A DNA stretch of 63,819 bases from a virus (Duplodnaviria > Caudoviricetes), in IMG/VR virus record IMGVR_UViG_3300042465_004622, positions 1 through 63,819 of that record; one strand, given 5' to 3'. The translations under genes and the position numbers were made by a program. The notes under the pieces were generated by a model. It worked only from the letters and a program-made list of their open reading frames with translations, made no database searches and was not told where the DNA came from. Positions within the stretch are counted from its first letter, which is position 1. Each line of letters starts with the position of its first letter. Shown here piece by piece: positions 28,001 through 37,073 of this stretch.

Positions 28001-31000
28001 TTCATTAAAGACTTCAACCCGAAGCCGATTCCTGCGGAGTTCGTTGAGAAAGCCAACGCTGTCGATTTTCTCCCCGAGGGCTACGTCCGTCAAGGCGACC
28101 TCTACGTGTTCCAGCCGAGTGGCACGGTCGAGGCGGTGGCGGAAGAGAAGGCTCCAGCCAAGCTCACTCCATTAGCCAAGAAGACACCTGAGAAGGTCGA
28201 GCCTGAATATCAGGCGACACTAAAAGACAACGGCATGGTAGTGTGGCAGCATCGCAAGCCGGAAGAAGTGGGCGGCGGAATCTATGACCGTGAGTATGTG
28301 AGTTTGGTGGACGCGATGAACGACGTTGCAGACAAGTTCGGTCGCCGCTTCGCGAACACCGTGGAGAAGCAACTGAAAGCGACTGGTAAAGCCACCAATC
28401 GAGCCACCAATCGAGCCAAGCCCGCTCCACAACCCAAGCCAGCCGCCGAAGTCGAGACTCCGGTCGCGGAGGTGCCTGCGACGGGGAAGTACAGCGTCTA
28501 TCAAGCAGGCGGACGTTGGCTGATTCAGCAGAGCGACAAACGCGGTTTTGGAGATCAAATCGAAGAATCTCAGGAAGAGGCTATCAAAGAGTCCCTGCGT
28601 CAGCAAGACATGGAACGCCAGAATAAGGAGTTCTATCGCAAGCAAGAAGAAAAGGCTGCGGAGGCTCAACGCGAACTGGAAGCTAAGGAAAAGCCTCTGA
28701 ATGACTATCTCGACACTCTCGGACTCACAGCCATGCAGCGAGGGAAGTTGAAAAAGACACTTCAAGAGAGTGAAGGACGCCGCAGTCAGAAAACCGGAAA
28801 GACTTACTTTGGTGGCCGCGAACAAGTCACCCGAGATATGGTGGCTGACGGTTACACTCCGACAACCAAGCAAGTTCCAGCAATAAAAGAACCCACAGGT
28901 ATCCAATGGAATAGAATGAGTGAACGCGAGCAGCGCGAATACGAGAAGAAAAAAGCTGCTGCCGGAACGAAGACCGAGTACCGCCTAGAGATCGGGGACG
29001 GAGATAGCATTTTCGTCGTCACCAAAGCCGAGTATGATTACGCAAACTGGCTGAAGTCTGAGAAACCAGCCAAAGAGTTCGGTTCGACCAACACCGTCGT
29101 AACCAAGGAAGCCAAAGACAAAGCCGCCAAGAGTCTCCGAGAAAGTTTAGGTCAGACGAACGTAGGTTTAAATCCCGCGACCCTAAAATACGCGATTACT
29201 GTCGGCACTTACTACCTCGAAGGCGGGGTGCGTAGCTTCGCAGACTTCTCGGCCAAGATGATCGAGGAAGTGGGGGCAGCTATTGAGCCTTACTTGCGGA
29301 CGATCTACGACGCAGTTTCACGGGACTTGGAGCACCTCGCAGCCGTGAAGGCTGGTGACATGACGAAGGCTCAGAGGTTGGTGGATGAGGCTGCGAAGGC
29401 GGCGGGGTATTCGCTGAAAGTCTGGCACGGTTTCAGGACTGGACGGACAGGTGATTCCTTCGACCCGGAAAGACTTCTGACTGGTGAGGGAACGGCGTGG
29501 TTCGGAGACGACCGCTTCTACTTTGCCTCCAGCGAGCAAGAGGCGAGTTCTTACGCCGGAGGGCAGGGGTCAGTTGAGTCGTTCTTCATCCCGGAGCCGA
29601 CGCTGATAGGTTTCAGCAGCATCGACTCAAACCTACTCGAAACCCAAGATGGCGATGGCGTGGTGGCTGGCTACCATCACCAAGCCGACGTGTATGGCGA
29701 TATACCGGAGCGCGTTTCCGATCTGATCAAAGACGGAAAAATCACCCGGAAGATCGCTGAAAAATATGCCGGGAAGCCAACCGAGTACGCTGTCAAGTCG
29801 CCGAACCAAATCAAATCCACCGACCCTGTGACCTACGACGATGCAGGCAACGTCATCCCACTTTCCCAGCGCTTCAATCCCGAGACGCCAGACATCCGGG
29901 GCTACGGCGAAGGCAACATCGGAGTTTCCAAAGAGACGGCTGATGCAGCAGCCGCTCGTATGCGCAAGAATCTGGGGCAGACGAATGTGGGCATCGACCC
30001 AACGATCCTCAAAGATGCGATCACGATTGGTGCATTCCACCTTGAGGCGGGTGCTCGTAGTTTCGCAGACTTCTCGGCCAAGATGGTCGAAGAGTTCGGA
30101 GAAGGTGTGCGTAAATACCTCCAACCTGCCTACGAAGCTCTGCGCAAACGCACAGACATCGACACCGCAGGGATGGATGCTGAAGAAGGTGTTGAAACCG
30201 CTCCTGTAGCCGAAGCACCGACAGCGCCTGCTGCGGCCCCTGCTGCTAGAGTAGAGGCAGAGACACCAAAAGCGGCTCCGACACAGGCAGCTCCGAGACC
30301 TGTCGCAACACCCACCCAAGAACCAGCTACTGTCGCAATCGCCAACGACCCTGTCGATATTCAGCGTGAAGCTCTTGGCTTGCCTCCGATCATGCGGAAA
30401 ACGCAAGAAGCCTATACCTTCCCGCAGATGTGGTCGGACGCTGAGGCGGCGATGCAGGCGAACCCAGAACGCGGGAAAGCTCTCGTCAAGACACTGAATG
30501 ACAATCCTCGCAATATCAGCGCTCTCGAAGATGCTATCCTCCTGCGCGAACGAGTGAATCGAGTGAACGCTCTCGACCTCGCCATGGTCGAGTTCAACCA
30601 AGCTCCAAAAGGCAATAACGAAGACCAGAGAAAGGCGTTGGATGACGCCATTACGTCGCTCACCGATCTTGACAACGCCCTTGCTGTAGCCGGAACAGAA
30701 CAAGGTCGCTCGTTGAACGCTCGCAAGATGCTGGCGAGACAGGACTACACGTTGGCTAAGATGATCTCCACGCTGCGTGCGGCGAACGACGGCGACTTGT
30801 CCGAAGCAGACTTAGCTACAGTAACACGTCTTCAGAAACGCTTAAAAGATGTCCAAGATCAACTCGCAGAAGTGGAGTCAGGACAAGCTGACCGTCTTGC
30901 TGAAGCCGAGAAGGTCGCTTTTGAAGCTGGTCGTCAGGCAGTGCTGAAAGACATTGAAGAACGAGCCAAGAACGAAGCTGCGAAGGTCGCTGAGATGCAG

Positions 31001-34000
31001 AAACGTAAGGCCGAATACCTAGCTGCGAAGAAAGAAGCCGCCAAGACTCCGAGCAAATGGGAGGAGATTCGTGCGGCTGCCCGAGCTAGAAACGCCGAAC
31101 TCCGCAGCAATCTCTACAGCGACGTGGTGCTTGTCAAAGCCGCTTCGATGGCTGTGAACGATGTCATCATTGGAGCTACCTACATCGCCGAAGGCGTCAC
31201 CAAGTTCGCTGACTGGGTTTCCAAAATGCGTAGTGAGGACATCAACCTCACTGACGACGAGATGCAGCAACTCTTCAAAGAGTCCAAAGCCTTCGACGCT
31301 GGCGAGGACTTGCCTGCTTCAGAAGCACCTTTGAAAGTGAAGAAGGCGAAAGCTCCGGCTATCGACAAAGTCAAAGCTATTGCTGCCGACGAGGAAGCTC
31401 TCGACTCCCGCACGGTTTACAATTTGGTGGTCGAGAAGATGAAGGCTCAGGTTGAGGCAAACCCCGCACTGAAAAAGGTTGAGATGAGTGCGGACGACCT
31501 CACCAACATTATCAGTGAAGTCACCGAAGACGTTCAAGAGTTCTTCCCAGACATCACTGAGCGTGAAATTCGCAATTTATTCTCTGGATACGGGATTATT
31601 TTGAAGCCCTCCAAAGACGATCTTGCCAAGCAGATTCGCCAGTTGAGTGCTCTCGGGAAACTGCAATCAGCTATCGAAGATGCTGAAGCAAAACGCGCTC
31701 CGTTGAAATCCGGGCCTCAGCGTGACAAAGCCACCCAAGCCATCCGTCTCCAACAGAAAAAACTTGCTCGCGAGCTTCGCATGATGGGCCGCGATTACGA
31801 GGCTGGTGAAGAACAGCTTCGCTCTCCGCTCGACGCCATCAAAGCGCGTCTGAACAACCAGATCGACGATCTGGCAATGGAGATTAACGCTCGGAAAAAA
31901 GCTCCACGGCGTCCATCTGTTGATTACGACAAAGACACCCAGGAGCTTGCCGACCTCCGTGACGAACTGAAACGCATCTCCGACTTCATCAACGCGCCTG
32001 CTGGCCCTACTTTCACGGAGTTGGTGAACGAGGAGATGAAGAAGATCGACGCCCGTATTGCGGAACTCCAGAAAACTCTGGCTGAAGGTAACTTCGCCAA
32101 GAAAGAAGATGAACTTCTCCATACAGCCGAGTTAGATGCGAAAAGAGCTGTTCGTGACGCTCTTAATAATACTTTGCAGAAAAAGCGCAGAGAGGCAGCA
32201 GACAAACTTCGCACACAAGAAGACATCGACAAAGAAGCCCTTGAAGTTGTCGAAGAGGCCATCACAGAACTAAATCGCAAGATTGAAGCGGAAGACTATG
32301 CTCTCCCACAACGTAGAACACCGACTCAGACAGCCCAATACGAAGCTCGGGTGAATGAGAAGAAAAGATTGCAACAGAAAGTCCGAGACGCTCGGGCCAA
32401 CTTGTTCGGTCGCAAAGGACTAACCGACGAGCAGCGCATCAAGCAGGCTACCGCAGCCATCGACAAGTCGATTGAGCGTATGCAGAAAATGCTCACTTCA
32501 GGCAACTACGACGTTCCAAAGCGGACATCGAAGACGCCGGAGACGCCCGAGCTTGCACAAAAACGTGAAACTCGCGACAAGCTCCGCAAACAACTGCTCG
32601 AACTGCGCAAACTGAAGAGAGATGCTTTGATCGACCCAATCGCCAAGCAGCTAAAAACGGACAAGAAGCGCATCCAGACACGGATGGACAAGCTCAAGAA
32701 GCGCATGGAAACGGGCGACTTCAGCAAGCCTGAGAAGCGTAAGAAGGCCACGGACGACGAGTTGCTGGCACTCCAAGTCGAGGAAGAGAATCTCAAAGAA
32801 GCATGGGCTAAGATGGTGTTCGAGCGTCAGTTGGCTTCTCGCGGCCCAGGTAAAAGACTGCTCGACGCCGGACAACAGACCCTAAATACCGCTCGCGCAG
32901 TTCTTACCAGTTTTGACGTGAGCGCCGTGCTGCGTCAAGGAGGGTTCATTGTCCTCGGTAATCCGCTTCGCGGTTTCCGTAATCTTGGGCCTATGTTCCA
33001 AGCTTTCGGCTCGGATAAGTTTGCCAAGGAAGAGAAGTTCCGGCTTGAACGTCGCGAAAACTTCAAAAACGGCGCTTACCAACAGTCGAAACTGTTCTTA
33101 GCTGATGTCAACAAAGTGGACCAGATGACCCAACAGGAGGAAGCCTTCATGTCTCGTTGGATCAAAAAGCTGCCGAAAGGTGCTAAAGGCTTGTATATTG
33201 GCAGTGCCATTCAAGGTTCCCAGAGAGCCTACACGGTGTTCTTGAATCGTCTCCGCATGGATACCTTCGACGCCATGGTTGCCAACCTAAAGAAGGGGTC
33301 TGAGCCTACTCCGCAGGAGATGAGCGCTGTGGCGAACTACATTAACATCGCGACGGGTCGTGGAGATCTCGGCAAGTTCAACCAAGCCGGGACGATGCTG
33401 AATACCGTGTTCTTCGCACCACGTCTCGTAGCCAGCCGTTTTCAGATCCTAGCAGGTTATCCTTACTTCACAGCATCTGGGCGCACGAAGGCTCTTGTCC
33501 TCCGCGAATATGGGAAGTTTTTCGCTGGCGCAACTTTGGTGTATGTTATCGGGGCGCTGGCTCAAGGCGACGATGACGAGCCGATTGAAACCGATCCACG
33601 TTCTAGTGACTTCTTGAAAATCCGTTTTGGTGATACCCGAGTTGATCCTCTGAGTGGTTTGATTCAAGCCACGGTTCTCGTATCTCGACTGGTGTCTGGT
33701 GAGAAGAAGCAGGCTTCCGGGAAGATCGTTCCGATCAGAGGTGAAAAAGTTCCTTATGGCGCGGATGATTCTTTCGACGTGATGGGTAACTTCGTCAGAA
33801 CCAAGTTCAGCCCTATCGTCGGTTCAGCCGTGAATGTAGTGACTGGGAAGAATGTCGTGGGTGAGCCGACAGACATCGGTGAAGAAACCAAAAGGATGCT
33901 TATTCCAATGTCCTTCACTGAAATGAAGGAAACCCTAGAAGCTCAAGGAGTTCCTGAAGCAACAGCCTTGATCATGCTTCAGTTGTTCGGTATGGGCGTC

Positions 34001-34027
34001 CAAACATACACTCCCGGTAAGAAATGA
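25079..34027 (+). CDS. Giant internal virion / polyvalent protein with an ADP-ribosyltransferase-like (ART-PolyVal-like) domain
   Basis: 2982 aa; Gly/Ala-rich hydrophobic N-terminus; domain at ~29330-29900 (AQRLVDEAAKAAGY..WHG..FYFA..QIKSTDPVTYDDAGNVIPLSQRFN); long coiled coil; hydrophobic C-terminal region. Confidence 0.75.
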   Translation: MPWEIPITVEDTTYPVRFNTEVEPTQADIDEAVAMIMQQRSTPAAPAADQPGRLGSFASNVGRGALSVIPGTVGGVGYALGSDTLTGAADTIEGGINRMLPVNPEYQDELLMKGGQAVGQAIGMLGTGGAVGAAGKSLALSRGLAQGAAAAKGANLAKNVMLGTGIAQGTRGGGQAAEQYGMQGGAAYARALLGGAIEGASERYLFGMGTELAPVKKFLGEAAEKGVGGIVKSAGTEAGEEAVSQIGGNVATSVLAPYGVQTPGVLEGVGESALLGGIAGGTIGGINALMQPSPTIEGDALFPPEQAPPPVEEPEDDYGVAAFQQQMTEIAAQPDPIAPIQQTINQAAVTSVKAKADLLPATAAVIEAGGLATTPVQEETPVGAPIVEQPASGVLLPQDTSDSLPIANETSLKEHESKFLTADGRRFVPGGFERYSSTPYGREATTGLPVYAGDKKYRPTDIAYFEDGVIHKNVMVSGAEYSVMIAKDGGIHFAPRAGLGVGEKAEGGAFATMNALGPHLRELIDLKLRSNPSQVFSIQPNSIKKFPLFLRYAKNAGFKVDGNSFTVPSSPQPAPAPQPTREEQTFEPVVEPPPTLDQLRDRLRTSLAPKPATPEQETPLEQPEPEPPVVEETTPPEQPIPAVEEAPAPKITSEEVPNVEDVIDEPGAAEVGSGMEKTPVTQIKNAPKRINLSGAEFDVVAINEDGTLRVRNDEGGEFDTSEGESWTEVAPPSKTSASDITKMSRAEFIKKEIDAAVFAKKLAIQEAEQAIRSKWTPKKPLPVGVSKVTAFLTKTRYTPDEKKLLHAYNFAQRMRGAEAIRDISETKGAVWDELSRKQNEAPAPTPIVQRDVTKPEQMTPEVGSVEAKQQVKDRRDSIPAEDLADYDEFMSLLERRGPAQSKVKGFSFTKTDEKRFQELGKKLRKYLFETVSPATDPVIWKDTSGHDIHMSAKRTFYTVENGRVRTGVAFESERFIKDFNPKPIPAEFVEKANAVDFLPEGYVRQGDLYVFQPSGTVEAVAEEKAPAKLTPLAKKTPEKVEPEYQATLKDNGMVVWQHRKPEEVGGGIYDREYVSLVDAMNDVADKFGRRFANTVEKQLKATGKATNRATNRAKPAPQPKPAAEVETPVAEVPATGKYSVYQAGGRWLIQQSDKRGFGDQIEESQEEAIKESLRQQDMERQNKEFYRKQEEKAAEAQRELEAKEKPLNDYLDTLGLTAMQRGKLKKTLQESEGRRSQKTGKTYFGGREQVTRDMVADGYTPTTKQVPAIKEPTGIQWNRMSEREQREYEKKKAAAGTKTEYRLEIGDGDSIFVVTKAEYDYANWLKSEKPAKEFGSTNTVVTKEAKDKAAKSLRESLGQTNVGLNPATLKYAITVGTYYLEGGVRSFADFSAKMIEEVGAAIEPYLRTIYDAVSRDLEHLAAVKAGDMTKAQRLVDEAAKAAGYSLKVWHGFRTGRTGDSFDPERLLTGEGTAWFGDDRFYFASSEQEASSYAGGQGSVESFFIPEPTLIGFSSIDSNLLETQDGDGVVAGYHHQADVYGDIPERVSDLIKDGKITRKIAEKYAGKPTEYAVKSPNQIKSTDPVTYDDAGNVIPLSQRFNPETPDIRGYGEGNIGVSKETADAAAARMRKNLGQTNVGIDPTILKDAITIGAFHLEAGARSFADFSAKMVEEFGEGVRKYLQPAYEALRKRTDIDTAGMDAEEGVETAPVAEAPTAPAAAPAARVEAETPKAAPTQAAPRPVATPTQEPATVAIANDPVDIQREALGLPPIMRKTQEAYTFPQMWSDAEAAMQANPERGKALVKTLNDNPRNISALEDAILLRERVNRVNALDLAMVEFNQAPKGNNEDQRKALDDAITSLTDLDNALAVAGTEQGRSLNARKMLARQDYTLAKMISTLRAANDGDLSEADLATVTRLQKRLKDVQDQLAEVESGQADRLAEAEKVAFEAGRQAVLKDIEERAKNEAAKVAEMQKRKAEYLAAKKEAAKTPSKWEEIRAAARARNAELRSNLYSDVVLVKAASMAVNDVIIGATYIAEGVTKFADWVSKMRSEDINLTDDEMQQLFKESKAFDAGEDLPASEAPLKVKKAKAPAIDKVKAIAADEEALDSRTVYNLVVEKMKAQVEANPALKKVEMSADDLTNIISEVTEDVQEFFPDITEREIRNLFSGYGIILKPSKDDLAKQIRQLSALGKLQSAIEDAEAKRAPLKSGPQRDKATQAIRLQQKKLARELRMMGRDYEAGEEQLRSPLDAIKARLNNQIDDLAMEINARKKAPRRPSVDYDKDTQELADLRDELKRISDFINAPAGPTFTELVNEEMKKIDARIAELQKTLAEGNFAKKEDELLHTAELDAKRAVRDALNNTLQKKRREAADKLRTQEDIDKEALEVVEEAITELNRKIEAEDYALPQRRTPTQTAQYEARVNEKKRLQQKVRDARANLFGRKGLTDEQRIKQATAAIDKSIERMQKMLTSGNYDVPKRTSKTPETPELAQKRETRDKLRKQLLELRKLKRDALIDPIAKQLKTDKKRIQTRMDKLKKRMETGDFSKPEKRKKATDDELLALQVEEENLKEAWAKMVFERQLASRGPGKRLLDAGQQTLNTARAVLTSFDVSAVLRQGGFIVLGNPLRGFRNLGPMFQAFGSDKFAKEEKFRLERRENFKNGAYQQSKLFLADVNKVDQMTQQEEAFMSRWIKKLPKGAKGLYIGSAIQGSQRAYTVFLNRLRMDTFDAMVANLKKGSEPTPQEMSAVANYINIATGRGDLGKFNQAGTMLNTVFFAPRLVASRFQILAGYPYFTASGRTKALVLREYGKFFAGATLVYVIGALAQGDDDEPIETDPRSSDFLKIRFGDTRVDPLSGLIQATVLVSRLVSGEKKQASGKIVPIRGEKVPYGADDSFDVMGNFVRTKFSPIVGSAVNVVTGKNVVGEPTDIGEETKRMLIPMSFTEMKETLEAQGVPEATALIMLQLFGMGVQTYTPGKK

Positions 34028-34614
34028 AACAACTACTCGACACTTCTCGACCAGTCTCCGGCATGTGGATTTACACGCAACCTGAGACTGGCGTTGTGTT
34101 CAAAGACATCCACTGGAACGGGTTCATCAAGCGAATCCGCGCCCATAGACTAGCCAATGACCTTCCATTACAAGGCGGTTGGGTCGAGGAGCTGCAAGAC
34201 ACTCTCTGCCGGGAAAACCCGGATCTGCCCTGCAAAGAGGTCGGTGAGGTGGAGAGATACTTCACGCAGGATGACGTTCAGCGGTTCGTCTCCACCATGC
34301 TTGAACTGAACTCGTCGAATGAATTGGTGAGTGAGGAAGAGCAAAAACGCCGGATCGACATCTGCGCTACCTGCCCCAAGAATGTCAATATGGGCGGCTG
34401 TAAGTTTTGCGTGTGGATTGCCCAAAAGACCACCGAGCTTCTGTCAGGGCGGAAACTGTACCGAGTATCTGAGACGCATAAACGGGCCTGCGGAGCCTGT
34501 GGATGCGACATCACCGCCAAAACAGCAGTGCCGTTGGCGGTGTTGAAGATTGTGGATGAGAAGCTAGGAACTACGCCGGACTATGCTCCGGGATGCTGGA
34601 TGCTCACAGAGTAA
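34024..34614 (+). CDS. Cys-rich (metal-binding) hypothetical protein
   Basis: RIDICATCP..CKFC..CGACGC..C motifs. Confidence 0.7.
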   Translation: MKQLLDTSRPVSGMWIYTQPETGVVFKDIHWNGFIKRIRAHRLANDLPLQGGWVEELQDTLCRENPDLPCKEVGEVERYFTQDDVQRFVSTMLELNSSNELVSEEEQKRRIDICATCPKNVNMGGCKFCVWIAQKTTELLSGRKLYRVSETHKRACGACGCDITAKTAVPLAVLKIVDEKLGTTPDYAPGCWMLTE

Positions 34615-35455
34615 TGATGTGTTTCTCCAGTTTCGCGTGAGCTTGATACCCTTCGTCGGTGACGAGGATCTTGAAATGCAGTTTCCCAGGCACGCCGGGG
34701 ATGTCTTCAAGGCTGTTGAGAGCTTGTTCGATTCCGTAGGCCGTGCGCTTTTCTAGTTGCGCGTCCTCTGCTTTGCGAGCGAGGAGCTTCTGCATGGGAG
34801 TTTTGACTTGGTCCAAGAACGGATGCTTGGCGACAGGTGCGTGAGATGAGTTGGTGGTGGCGGTTTGTGACATGGTGTGTGTAGGTATTGGGTAATCTTG
34901 TCCTGGTATGACGATTCGTATCATCTGGCGATTCGTATCATCTATTACAGGCAGACATTCGTGAATGCACTCCACGTTTCCCTCGTAGCAGGTGTTGGCT
35001 CGGAGTAGCGCTCGGGTTAATCGGAACAGAGGCAGGTGGTCGCATGACCCACCGTACTCGGGCGATCCGTCAACGTGTCCGAGATAAGCTGCCGTCGTCC
35101 CTTCAATATTGTTTGCCAACAAGATAGCTTCAGGCCGAACTTCATAACCCGGACCCCTGTTCCAGCATCCGGTGTGAGATCCAGACCCTGACGTATCAGC
35201 TACCCAATTTCCGTCGATATGTGCTCCACCTCTACGGTGGATTTGCCCCGCTTTCACAAAAGCCTGATCTACGGTAACATATAGCGTGCGGTTTCTTATA
35301 AGCACAAAAGGTGCGAGCATATCCGATATAGTATCCTCCCATGCTGCTAAACACTCAGGAACTCCTTCATCAGGCGTAAATTTTACCATATACTGACGAT
35401 CTCCTGTAAATTCAGGAAAGCGCACAGAGCCATGTTGTTTTATTTTTGAGTGCAT
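34604..35455 (-). CDS. 2OG-Fe(II) oxygenase-like domain in frame with a small downstream protein (internal ATG at 34873)
   Basis: HRRGGAHIDG (HxD), CIHE (distal His), RQMIR (Arg); C/A-rich leader before the internal MSQT start. Confidence 0.55.
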   Translation of the reverse strand: MHSKIKQHGSVRFPEFTGDRQYMVKFTPDEGVPECLAAWEDTISDMLAPFVLIRNRTLYVTVDQAFVKAGQIHRRGGAHIDGNWVADTSGSGSHTGCWNRGPGYEVRPEAILLANNIEGTTAAYLGHVDGSPEYGGSCDHLPLFRLTRALLRANTCYEGNVECIHECLPVIDDTNRQMIRIVIPGQDYPIPTHTMSQTATTNSSHAPVAKHPFLDQVKTPMQKLLARKAEDAQLEKRTAYGIEQALNSLEDIPGVPGKLHFKILVTDEGYQAHAKLEKHIITL

Positions 35456-35457
35456 GT

Positions 35458-36648
35458 CTATTTCTCTTGGAGTTTCCTGACCCATCCTGCATGAAGCACC
35501 TCGTAACCAAGTGTCGGCAGGATCTTTTTGACGGTCACTTTGTCCAGTTTGCTCATCTCGACGATAGCGCCGACGCGAGGCTGGTCCATCGTATTGAGAG
35601 CTTCGAGGACACGTTGTTCCTTAGTGAGCGAGACAGACTTCGGTTTATCCGGCAAAGGCTGCTTTTTGATCAAGGTGTTGATTGGTGGTTGAGCTAGAAG
35701 GACAGCCTGTGATATTTCAGCCACGGTTGGCGGTGTGGTTTCTGGGGGTTTTACCCAACTTTCGTGGACATCCTTCAAGACTTCTTCATTCACCAATATT
35801 CCACCTGTCTGACTCTCCACTACTTTTTCGAGGAAAGTCTTACCGAATCCTTCCGGTCCGGTAATCACTTCAGGCCAGACGATCTTTTCGCCGATCACCA
35901 ACCGATGCAGCGACCCGTCTTTGCAGCCATGCACAATCACAGCTTCGTCAGGGATGATGCCGCCTTCTGCGTGTTTCTCTTCAGGCAACGGTTCGCAGAT
36001 GATCTCCTCGAAGTCACCTCGGATGTAGTTGCAGGTTCTCCATCGGTCGTAGATGATACGAGCACCATGGACTCCTTTGCGGAAGAACGCCCAGCGAAGG
36101 TAGATGTCCCAAGGCACGGGTGGGTGGGATACTGGGTCGGGAAGACTGAGATCGTTTAGCAATGGAGCCAGCTCTTGATCCTTGTGCATGTGCGGCGGGT
36201 AGATTGCCACACCAAGCAGCATGTTGTCACCTTCGATAGGGGTGAGATTGCCTTCCTTGTCACGCCATGCGGTAGGACGAGTGAAACCGAAATAAGGTTT
36301 CCCAGCAGCGTGATACTCGTTTCGGAGCGTCACGTCCCATCCTGCTTTGATTGGGCAGGCGTCTGGTTCGAGCCACAACCAAGGCTGGTTGTTACCGATT
36401 TCACCGAGATGGCGAATGGTCCAGATGAACATGCGGTCAGGACCGACAGGCCAGCCGTTTGCGAACTCGTCGTCGGTGAAAGCTACCTCAGCGTTGAGCT
36501 GAGTGGCGGCTGACTCTGCCTCCGCACGTAACGAAGGAACTGAGACGATGAGAATCGGAGCCTCGACGACTCCAAGGCGATTGATCGCCTGAGTCAGGAG
36601 GCGGAGATTTTGGGCGTCGGACGGGCCGACAGGGATGACGATTAACAT
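35458..36648 (-). CDS. Putative GT-A fold glycosyltransferase with a Pro-rich linker and small C-terminal HTH-like domain
   Basis: MLIVIPVG, WLWLEPDACP (DxD-like), GVAIYP, PWDIY, IVHGCKD. Confidence 0.55.
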   Translation of the reverse strand: MLIVIPVGPSDAQNLRLLTQAINRLGVVEAPILIVSVPSLRAEAESAATQLNAEVAFTDDEFANGWPVGPDRMFIWTIRHLGEIGNNQPWLWLEPDACPIKAGWDVTLRNEYHAAGKPYFGFTRPTAWRDKEGNLTPIEGDNMLLGVAIYPPHMHKDQELAPLLNDLSLPDPVSHPPVPWDIYLRWAFFRKGVHGARIIYDRWRTCNYIRGDFEEIICEPLPEEKHAEGGIIPDEAVIVHGCKDGSLHRLVIGEKIVWPEVITGPEGFGKTFLEKVVESQTGGILVNEEVLKDVHESWVKPPETTPPTVAEISQAVLLAQPPINTLIKKQPLPDKPKSVSLTKEQRVLEALNTMDQPRVGAIVEMSKLDKVTVKKILPTLGYEVLHAGWVRKLQEK

Positions 36649-36649
36649 A

Positions 36650-37036
36650 TCAAGCGAGCTTCCCTCCGTGTTTGTGTGAGCGTGTCAGATTGTATTCGTG
36701 CTTCGCTTTGATGGCGTCTCCAATGCGCAAGCCCAGGGCTGCGGAGGTATCGAGAGCCCGGATGATGATGTCCGCCAGTTCCTCTTCTACGCATACAAGA
36801 GATCGTGGGCCACCGAGATCTTGCACGACAGCATCTTTGTCGCAGGGGTCGTGGAGTTGACCTCTACGAGCGGCTTCCCAAAGCTCGCTGACCTCTCCGT
36901 GGAGATTGGCGGTCCAACGTGCGAGCCGTTGAGTTTCTGTTTCAGAAGCGTCTGTGTCGTGGAAGCCTTTGGCTACAGCGTTTTGATAGACGACGTGTGA
37001 GAGTCGATTGATATTTTGATAGTCGATGTCGATCAT
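36650..37036 (-). CDS. MazG-like nucleotide pyrophosphohydrolase
   Basis: HGEVSELWEA..EEELADIIIRALD..KHEYNLTR. Confidence 0.85.
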   Translation of the reverse strand: MIDIDYQNINRLSHVVYQNAVAKGFHDTDASETETQRLARWTANLHGEVSELWEAARRGQLHDPCDKDAVVQDLGGPRSLVCVEEELADIIIRALDTSAALGLRIGDAIKAKHEYNLTRSHKHGGKLA

Positions 37037-37044
37037 AGGTTTTC

Positions 37045-37073
37045 AGTATATCGAAACTACACCGCTTCGTCAA
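37045..37073 (-). promoter_or_regulatory. Sigma70-like promoter
   Basis: TTGACG-17nt-TATACT on the - strand; spacer ends GTTTCGA. Confidence 0.7.

Noticed and set aside
28388-28420. Short 12-nt tandem duplication (ATNRATNR), and the EAERLEA repeat near 61330-61385
   Set aside because: Local slippage in low-complexity linkers with no sign of a wider system.
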